Positions 25,689 through 32,000 of a stretch of 32,000 bases of DNA are shown piece after piece. The number at the start of each line of letters is the position of its first letter. The stretch's first letter is position 1. The position numbers were made by a program, and so were the translations under genes. A model generated the notes under the pieces. That model made no database searches. It saw nothing but the letters and a program-made list of their open reading frames with translations, and was not told the origin of the DNA. The stretch comes from Candidatus Saccharimonadota bacterium (GTDB lineage: Bacteria > Pseudomonadota > Gammaproteobacteria > Enterobacterales > Enterobacteriaceae). The DNA lies in the NCBI RefSeq assembly GCF_004296535.1, contig NZ_AP018159.1, forward strand, positions 180,001 to 212,000, read 5' to 3'.

Positions 25689-27599
25689 TTAAATTTTATT
25701 TATAAAATTAATATATTTAAATAGTAAATAAATCAAATTATTATTATTAATTACAATTATTTTATTTAATAAATATTTTATGAAATTAGACAATTTAAAT
25801 AAATTTAATATAATTAAATTAAATTTAGAATCATTATCTTTTTTTTTTATTATTTTTTCAATATATAATAAAATATTTAAAAATTTTTTTTCTAATTTAG
25901 ATAAATTATTATAATAAAATTTATAGTTATTAATTTTAATTTTATTTTTATTTTTTTTTAATAAATTTATAATTCTTTTAAATATAATAGATATAAATTT
26001 AAATTCATTATTATATTTTTTTATTATATTAAGTATTAAATTTATATTAAAAATTTTAATATTTTTTGTTATTAAAAAATTAACTAAATGTTTATTTTTA
26101 TTTATTTTTAAAAAAAATAATTTAAATCTAATAAAAATTATTTTTTTAATAAAAAATAAATATTTATTAAAATTTACATTATAATATAAATCTTTATTGT
26201 ATTTTCTTGTATATAAAATTAATTTTCTTACAGTATAGTTAATATCAAAATAAAAATCATTTTTCAATAAAATATTAATTATAAAATTTATATCTTTTTT
26301 TATAAAAAATGGATCATTATCTAAATTATTTTTATTTTTTAAAAAATAAAAATATAAATTACAAACAATATTATCAATTTTATCAACTAATAATATTAAA
26401 AATGATAAATAATTTAATTTATTATTTTTTATATAATTAATATTACATTGTTCTTTTATTAATATAATAATATCTTTATTTATATTTTTATTTAAATTTA
26501 AAAAATATGAATTTATATAACCTTTCATACAAAAAAATTCTTTTACTAAATTAGAATTTATATCATTCTTATATAAAAAACATGATAAATTAATTTTTTT
26601 ATAATCTATATTTAGATTTGATTTTTTACTTAATAAAAAAGATATATTTGTAATTCTTAATATTTTATGATACATACTTCCAAATTCTTTTCTAAAAATT
26701 ATTTTTTTAAATTTATCAAAATTATTTAATAATAAATATCTTTTATCTAAATTAAATAATATTTTTATTTTTTTAAAATAATTTATTATTATATTTTTAT
26801 AATGATATTTAATATTTTTATTTATTTTTATATTCGATACACATACTATATAAGGTAACAATTTATTATTTAAATTACTCATTATTAATAAATAATTATA
26901 ATATTTATATAAAATATTTATCATAATATTTTTATCTATAAATAAATTATTATATATTTTAATATAAAAAATATTTGGATTTTCATATAAATAAGATATT
27001 TTTTTTAATAAAGCATTATTTATTATAATATTTCCATTTAATTTTTTTTCTATTGCTTCTATATATTTTTTAATTTTAAATTTTCTATCATTAAAATTTA
27101 TAATAATATTGTTCTTTCTTAAAAATAAATAATAATTTTTTATATTATTTATAATAATTTTATTTTCTTTATCAAAAAAATTTTTATAAGTAAAATTATT
27201 AGATTCTAAATTAAAAATTTTTATTTTTAATATTTTATTATTAAATAATAATAAAATATTCCTTATTGGTCTAATAAAAAAAATATTACTATTATTCCAT
27301 TTCATTATATTAAATTTTTTTAAAATATAATTAATAGAATCTAATATATTTTCTTTTACAATTTTATATATTTTTATATTTTTAGTTAAATTAACATTTT
27401 TTTTTATTAAAAAATTTTTAATTATAAACCCTAATCTCTTATTTGTAGATATATATTCTATATTATCGTTTATATAAAAATTATTTTTTATTTTATTTGT
27501 AAAATAATCAAAAAAAATATTAGATAAAGATATTACAAAATTATTTGGAATGTTTTCTATATATATCTCTAATAATAAATTGTTTTTATTTTTTATCAT
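25689..27599 (-). CDS. glyS: Glycyl-tRNA synthetase beta subunit (highly eroded)
   Basis: The protein is 636 aa (E. coli 689). The N-terminus LLLEIYIENIPNNF resembles FLVEIGTEELPPKAL. Its start overlaps the glyQ stop by 14 nt (glyQS operon arrangement). The rest is N/K/I-rich and recognisable mainly by size and context. Confidence 0.85.
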   Translation of the reverse strand: MIKNKNNLLLEIYIENIPNNFVISLSNIFFDYFTNKIKNNFYINDNIEYISTNKRLGFIIKNFLIKKNVNLTKNIKIYKIVKENILDSINYILKKFNIMKWNNSNIFFIRPIRNILLLFNNKILKIKIFNLESNNFTYKNFFDKENKIIINNIKNYYLFLRKNNIIINFNDRKFKIKKYIEAIEKKLNGNIIINNALLKKISYLYENPNIFYIKIYNNLFIDKNIMINILYKYYNYLLIMSNLNNKLLPYIVCVSNIKINKNIKYHYKNIIINYFKKIKILFNLDKRYLLLNNFDKFKKIIFRKEFGSMYHKILRITNISFLLSKKSNLNIDYKKINLSCFLYKNDINSNLVKEFFCMKGYINSYFLNLNKNINKDIIILIKEQCNINYIKNNKLNYLSFLILLVDKIDNIVCNLYFYFLKNKNNLDNDPFFIKKDINFIINILLKNDFYFDINYTVRKLILYTRKYNKDLYYNVNFNKYLFFIKKIIFIRFKLFFLKINKNKHLVNFLITKNIKIFNINLILNIIKKYNNEFKFISIIFKRIINLLKKNKNKIKINNYKFYYNNLSKLEKKFLNILLYIEKIIKKKDNDSKFNLIILNLFKLSNFIKYLLNKIIVINNNNLIYLLFKYINFINKI

Positions 27600-28458
27600 A
27601 TTTATTTATGGATTTATAATATATATTTGCTATTTTTTTTGATAAATTTTGTATATAAATTATATTAGATTTTTTTTCAAAAATAGAAAAAAAATATTTA
27701 GCATCTATCATATTAAATATATGAATTAATTTTAAAATATATTCATATGTCGGCAATATCAATTTTTTTTTTAATAAAAATAATGCATTTATATTTTTTT
27801 TATATTCATTAAATATATTAAATAAAAATTTTTTATTAAATAATTTTAAATTATATATAGAAAATTCTTTCTCATAACTATCAAAAATATTACCATATTT
27901 TAAATTATTATTTTTACTCCATAATATATCAGATATATTATTTTTCTTTTGTATTATTAAAGATAACCTTTCTAATCCATAAGTTATTTCTATCATTATT
28001 GGATTACAATTAATACCTCCTATTTGTTGAAAATATGTAAACTGACTAACTTCTAAACCATTTATATGTATTTCCCATCCTATTCCCCAAGCAGATAATG
28101 TTGGATTTTCCCAATTGTCTTCTAAAAAATCTATATTATTTAGTTTTAAATTTATTCCTATATATTTTAATGATTCTATATATAGGTATTGTATATTTTC
28201 TGGAACAGGTTTTATTATTACTTGTAATTGAAAATAATAAAAACGTTTATAAAAATTTTTATAAGGTTTAGAATCATTTGGTCTTCTACATGGTTGAACA
28301 TAAACAAAATTAGTTTTTTCTTTATTTATCCCTCTAAAAAATGTAATAGGATGTAAAGTTCCAGCACCAATTTCTAAATCATAAGGTTGTATAACAATAC
28401 ATTTTTTTTTAGACCAATATTTTTTTAACAAAAAAATAATATTTTCAAAAGTTTTCAT
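27586..28458 (-). CDS. glyQ: Glycyl-tRNA synthetase alpha subunit
   Basis: The protein is 290 aa. FENIIFLLKKYWSKKKCIVIQPYDLEIGAGTLHP resembles [35 protein letters not shown]. Also present are YVQP.RRP.D, YYQ.QV..KP, DNWE.PTL.AWG.GWE...NG.E..QFTYFQQ.GG and E.TYGLERL. Confidence 0.97.
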   Translation of the reverse strand: MKTFENIIFLLKKYWSKKKCIVIQPYDLEIGAGTLHPITFFRGINKEKTNFVYVQPCRRPNDSKPYKNFYKRFYYFQLQVIIKPVPENIQYLYIESLKYIGINLKLNNIDFLEDNWENPTLSAWGIGWEIHINGLEVSQFTYFQQIGGINCNPIMIEITYGLERLSLIIQKKNNISDILWSKNNNLKYGNIFDSYEKEFSIYNLKLFNKKFLFNIFNEYKKNINALFLLKKKLILPTYEYILKLIHIFNMIDAKYFFSIFEKKSNIIYIQNLSKKIANIYYKSINKYDKK

Positions 28459-28499
28459 ATTTTTTTAAAAAATAAATATATATATAAAATTTATATATT

Positions 28500-29594
28500 T
28501 TAATTAATTATTTTAAATATATTATTTAAAAAATAATAAAAATAAATTTTTATAGGATCTACAGCTATATTATTAATCCAAAATTCAAAATGTAAATGAG
28601 GACCAGTTGATTTGCCGCTATTGCCAGATAATCCTATTAATTCATTTTTTTTTACAAGTTTGTTTTTATATACAAAAATTTTATCTAAATGCATATATTT
28701 TGTAGTATATTTATCATTATGCTTAATAATAACATAATTACCAGCATATTTATTGTATGATACTTCAATTATTATACCAAAATCTACAGAAAATATTGGA
28801 GTATTTAATGGAACAGCTATATCTATACCTTTATGAGGAGACAATTTATTAGTTATTGGATTTAATCTTTGTAAATTAAATTTTGATGATATTTTAAATT
28901 TATCTTTTACAGGAAATCCAATAAATTTATTTTTTAATTTTAAAATGATTAAATTGAATTTATTATTTTTTTTAATTACAATATAACTTTTATTTTTAAT
29001 ATTAAATTTTATTAACAAAAAGCTTCTATATTTATATAAATAATTATTATATTTTTCTGTTTCCAATAATAAAAAACATTTTTTTTTTAATATACTATTC
29101 AAATTTACACATTTTTTAATAATATTTATAATATAATAAATATCATTATTTTTTATTCCTAATTTTAATAAAAAATTTATAAAATTTTCATCTACAATAA
29201 AATTAATTAATAAATAATTATTATCATTTATAACTTTATTTAAAAAAAATATTTTAAAATTATTTTTTATAAAATCATAAGAGCATTTTTTATATATATT
29301 ATTATAATTTACTTTTTTAATATTATTTTGTTGTTTATTATTTATATAACTATTATTACAAATTAATTTTAACTTAAAAAAAAAATTTATTAATTTAAAT
29401 ATAAATATATAATATAAATTATATTTAATAAGATATATACTTTTATATAAATAAAGTTTATTATTCGTAATAAAAAATTTTTTATTTCTTAATGTTATGT
29501 ATAAAACATTATTAATAATTGTTTTATTTTTATTAAAAAAAAATTTATTTTTTATAAAAATAAATAAAAAAATAAAATTAAATATTTTTAACAT
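28500..29594 (-). CDS. mepM: Murein DD-endopeptidase, M23 (LytM) family, MepM/YebA-like
   Basis: The protein is 364 aa. The C-terminal domain RLNPITNKLSPHKGIDIAVPLNTPIFSV..G.....S.....GNYVIIKHNDKYTTKYMHLDKI.V.....VKKNELIGLSGNSGKSTGPHLHFEFWINNIAVDP matches E. coli MepM (RLNPVTGRVAPHRGVDFAMPQGTPVLSV...GYYVAIRHGRSYTTRYMHLRKILV...[34 protein letters not shown]). The Zn ligands (H..D, H.H) are conserved. The N-terminal half is eroded and has a hydrophobic N-terminus. Confidence 0.9.
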   Translation of the reverse strand: MLKIFNFIFLFIFIKNKFFFNKNKTIINNVLYITLRNKKFFITNNKLYLYKSIYLIKYNLYYIFIFKLINFFFKLKLICNNSYINNKQQNNIKKVNYNNIYKKCSYDFIKNNFKIFFLNKVINDNNYLLINFIVDENFINFLLKLGIKNNDIYYIINIIKKCVNLNSILKKKCFLLLETEKYNNYLYKYRSFLLIKFNIKNKSYIVIKKNNKFNLIILKLKNKFIGFPVKDKFKISSKFNLQRLNPITNKLSPHKGIDIAVPLNTPIFSVDFGIIIEVSYNKYAGNYVIIKHNDKYTTKYMHLDKIFVYKNKLVKKNELIGLSGNSGKSTGPHLHFEFWINNIAVDPIKIYFYYFLNNIFKIIN

Positions 29595-29610
29595 AATTAA
29601 ATTTAAACTT

Positions 29611-30084
29611 TTATTTATTAAAATTAAAATTTTTAATATGTGTTATACCAATAGAAATTGAATCTGCTTCATCAGAACTTGGAACATTATACAAATTAAA
29701 TATATTTTTTACAAAAAATCTAGTATAAAATTTATTAGAGTATATATTATTTAAAGAATATTTTTTGATCTGTTTTGAATTATATTCAAATATAGGAATA
29801 TTAAAATTTATTAAAGCTAACATTATAACTGTTCTTGCTTGACATAACTTTAAAGATGAATTTATATTTTTACCAACAAAAATTTTTTCTATAGCAGATT
29901 GTTTTGGATTAAAATATTTTAAAATATCCATTATTTTAAAATATATAAATTTTAATTTATATATAAAGATATTATCATTTACTTTTATAGAATTACTAGT
30001 TAGATATGTTATATTATTTTTATCAAAATATAATATACAATATCCTATATTATTAGATCCAGGATCTATACTTATTAATATCAT
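29611..30084 (-). CDS. ruvC: Holliday junction resolvase RuvC
   Basis: The protein is 157 aa. MILISIDPGSNNIGYCIL resembles IILGIDPGSRVTGYGVI. AIEKIFVGKN resembles AIEQVFMAKN. PSSDEADSISIGITH resembles PADAADALAVAITH. The positions of the catalytic acidic tetrad (D7, E66, D138, D141 in E. coli numbering) appear occupied by D/E. Confidence 0.88.
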   Translation of the reverse strand: MILISIDPGSNNIGYCILYFDKNNITYLTSNSIKVNDNIFIYKLKFIYFKIMDILKYFNPKQSAIEKIFVGKNINSSLKLCQARTVIMLALINFNIPIFEYNSKQIKKYSLNNIYSNKFYTRFFVKNIFNLYNVPSSDEADSISIGITHIKNFNFNK

Positions 30085-30123
30085 AAAATTATTTATTTTT
30101 AAAAAATATATATGTAACTTCTA

Positions 30124-31779
30124 CTATTCAGTAATAAAATCATAAAATGAACTAGATTTTGGAAATGCTATAACATCTTTTATATTATCTATATTTTTCA
30201 TTACCATAATTAGTCTGTCTAATCCAAAGGCTATACCTGAATGAGGAGGAGTTCCATATTTTAATGAATTTAAAAAAAAACCAAAATTTTTATTTTGATC
30301 TTTTTTTGATATATTTAATATATTAAATACCTTTCTTTGTAAAATTTGATTATTTATTCTAACAGATCCACTTGCTATTTCAACTCCATTTATAATCAAG
30401 TCATAAGAATTAGAAATAATTTTGTCTGGATCTTTAATTATGTCTATATTTTTATTAAAAAATTTAGGTGAAGTAAAAGGATGATGCACGCATTCATAAT
30501 TATTATTTTTTTTAACAAACATAGGAAAATATTTTATCCATAATAAAGAATATACTTTTTTATTAATTAAATTCAATTTTATAGATAAATTTTTTATAAA
30601 TTTACCAATATTAAATATACAATCATAACTTGATATAAATACTATAAAAAAACTATAATTATAATTTTCGATTGAATTTATAAAAATATTTTTAATAATA
30701 TTTATATTAAAATTATTTATAAAATTTATTTTTATTTTTAAAATTTCTTCATTAAATTTAAATTTATTTACTATATAACATTTTATATCCTTAAAATAAT
30801 TTAATATATAATTATAATTATTTTTAATATCTATATTATTTTTAATAGGAATTATATATATAAAATCATGATTATTTTCTATATAAAAATTATTTTCTAT
30901 TAAAATATTAACTAAATTATATATTTTTAATGGATTTCTTAAATCTGGTTTTTCAGATCCATACATTTCTATAGATTTATTATAATTTATTTCTAATATA
31001 TTATTTTTCACATCTATATTTAATATTTTTTTAAATAAAAAACATATTAATTTATTTGATAAATTAATAATATAATCTTCATTTACAAAAGATGATTCTA
31101 TATCTAATTGTGTAAATTCAGGTTGTCTATCTTTTCTTAAATCCTCATTTCTAAAACATTTTGCTAATTGATAATATTTATTAACCCCAGATATCATTAA
31201 CATTTGTTTAAATATTTGAGGAGATTGAGATAAAGCCATATATTTATTCTTTAAATAATTTCTTATTAAAAAATTATTTGCACCTTCTAAAGTTGGTTTA
31301 GATAATATAGGAGTTTCTATATATATATATTTGTTTTTATTCATAAAATAATTAATATACCAAATAATTTTAGATTTAATTTTTAAATTATTTAATATAT
31401 TAGATCTTCTTAAATATAGATACCTAAATTTTAACTTATTTTTTTCAGATATATTTTTATTATTAATATCTATAGGAAGTTTATCAGATTTTGATATTAA
31501 AAAAAATTTTTTTACATTAATTTCAATAATATGTTTACTATTTAAAAAAACTAATCCAATTATTTTAATACAAGATTCTATATTTAAATTATATATAATA
31601 TTTAAAATATATAATTTAAAATTTTCTTTTAAAATATTTAATTTAATTGTTCCACTATTATCCCTTAATATAATAACAATAAAATTTTTAAAAATTATTT
31701 TATTTTGTATCCATCCATATAAAATTATTTTTTTATTTAAGTAAATATTTTTTATATCTTTGCAAAATAATTTACGCAT
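30124..31779 (-). CDS. aspS: Aspartyl-tRNA synthetase
   Basis: The protein is 551 aa with an OB-fold N-terminus (GWI......F...RD.SG). Class-II motifs are QSPQ.FKQ.LM, YYQ.AKCFRNEDLR.DRQPEFTQLD.E, HHPFT.P, YDL..NG.E...GS.RI and G.PPH.G.AFGLDR. This is the only gene in the window ending in TAG. Confidence 0.96.
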   Translation of the reverse strand: MRKLFCKDIKNIYLNKKIILYGWIQNKIIFKNFIVIILRDNSGTIKLNILKENFKLYILNIIYNLNIESCIKIIGLVFLNSKHIIEINVKKFFLISKSDKLPIDINNKNISEKNKLKFRYLYLRRSNILNNLKIKSKIIWYINYFMNKNKYIYIETPILSKPTLEGANNFLIRNYLKNKYMALSQSPQIFKQMLMISGVNKYYQLAKCFRNEDLRKDRQPEFTQLDIESSFVNEDYIINLSNKLICFLFKKILNIDVKNNILEINYNKSIEMYGSEKPDLRNPLKIYNLVNILIENNFYIENNHDFIYIIPIKNNIDIKNNYNYILNYFKDIKCYIVNKFKFNEEILKIKINFINNFNINIIKNIFINSIENYNYSFFIVFISSYDCIFNIGKFIKNLSIKLNLINKKVYSLLWIKYFPMFVKKNNNYECVHHPFTSPKFFNKNIDIIKDPDKIISNSYDLIINGVEIASGSVRINNQILQRKVFNILNISKKDQNKNFGFFLNSLKYGTPPHSGIAFGLDRLIMVMKNIDNIKDVIAFPKSSSFYDFITE

Positions 31780-31927
31780 ATTTTTTAATAATTTTTAAAA
31801 AAAAAAAAATTTATATTGTATTAATTTTAATATATATAATAAAAAAAATAAATTAAATTTTATATATAATAATATATTATAACAAATTATTTTATATATA
31901 TAATTTTATTATTGTATATATATTTTT

Positions 31928-32000
31928 TTATATTATTTTTTTATATTTCATAAAACTAATCATTTTTTTTGCAAATAATTTTTCTGCATCCTTTATATTT
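31928..32000 (-). CDS. Possible 3' end of an unidentified minus-strand CDS running off the window
   Basis: The reverse-strand frame from 31999 reads NIKDAEKLFAKKMISFMKYKKII then TAA (stop at 31928-31930) with no earlier stop. Only 23 codons are visible and there is no recognisable motif, so this is a weak call. Confidence 0.3.
   Translation of the reverse strand, partial: NIKDAEKLFAKKMISFMKYKKII

Noticed and set aside
27586-27599. Three gene overlaps of identical 14-nt length (ddlA/glnS, tsaB/der, glyQ/glyS), which might suggest a shared motif
   Set aside because: The three overlap sequences differ (TTAAAAATTTATAA, TTAATATTCTTTAA and the glyQS ATG/TAA junction). Two are convergent and one is a same-strand coupling overlap. 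TAA/TTA triplets are so frequent at this composition that equal lengths are most simply coincidence.
31780-31927. 148-nt spacer upstream of aspS (A13 tract, TA-rich runs) as a possible ncRNA or pseudogene remnant
   Set aside because: It has no G/C-containing structured core, no inverted repeat and no recognisable residual ORF. It is most simply a promoter or spacer region.
1-32000. Alternative genetic code (UGA as Trp), CRISPR arrays, insertion sequences, prophage genes, toxin-antitoxin pairs or defence islands
   Set aside because: All conserved genes are full-length under the standard code with TGG for Trp, and no in-frame TGA is needed. There are no spaced direct repeats, no transposase or integrase-like ORFs, and no unassigned multi-gene cluster. 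Every ORF of at least 60 aa is either a housekeeping gene or a shadow ORF.

Overview
This window is a gene-dense, core-housekeeping stretch from an extremely A+T-rich, genome-reduced gammaproteobacterial endosymbiont. A+T is visibly well above 80%, though I did not compute it. I can support 29 recognisable protein genes, one short partial ORF at the right edge, and 4 tRNAs. In order they are tyrS' (partial), rplY, folD, tRNA-Arg, aroQ, mreB, mreC, ssb, gyrA, an OmpC/F-type porin, ddlA, glnS, tRNA-Met/Leu/Gln, xthA, map, rpsB, tsf, frr, uppS, bamA, dnaE, cspC, a ManX IIA-domain remnant, tsaB, der, hisS, glyS, glyQ, mepM, ruvC and aspS. By-eye similarity of MreB, CspC, OmpC, MepM and ManX to the E. 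coli proteins points to Enterobacterales ancestry. So do several E. coli-type microsyntenies that look collapsed by deletion: glnS next to metT-leuW-glnU, map|rpsB-tsf-frr-uppS-bamA-dnaE, cspC-manX-tsaB, hisS-der, and aspS-ruvC-mepM. The composition resembles that of the smallest insect symbionts, but the species cannot be named from this window. The standard genetic code fits, because all conserved genes read through intact and Trp is TGG. I see no CRISPR array, transposon, integrase, phage gene, toxin-antitoxin pair or defence island. I do not see a convincing new multi-gene system here. The noteworthy observations all concern reductive evolution. They include a PTS mannose permease reduced to an orphan IIA domain and a DnaE that ends 4 residues after its internal clamp-binding motif. 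RuvC sits exactly where ruvAB should separate it from mepM. The envelope gene set keeps peptidoglycan and beta-barrel functions while the lipid A, phospholipid and MEP-pathway genes are missing from their canonical slots. Other points are long homopolymer and AAT tracts inside essential genes, tRNA genes without encoded CCA, no TGA stop codons, and a single clear A/T-only bidirectional hairpin terminator.
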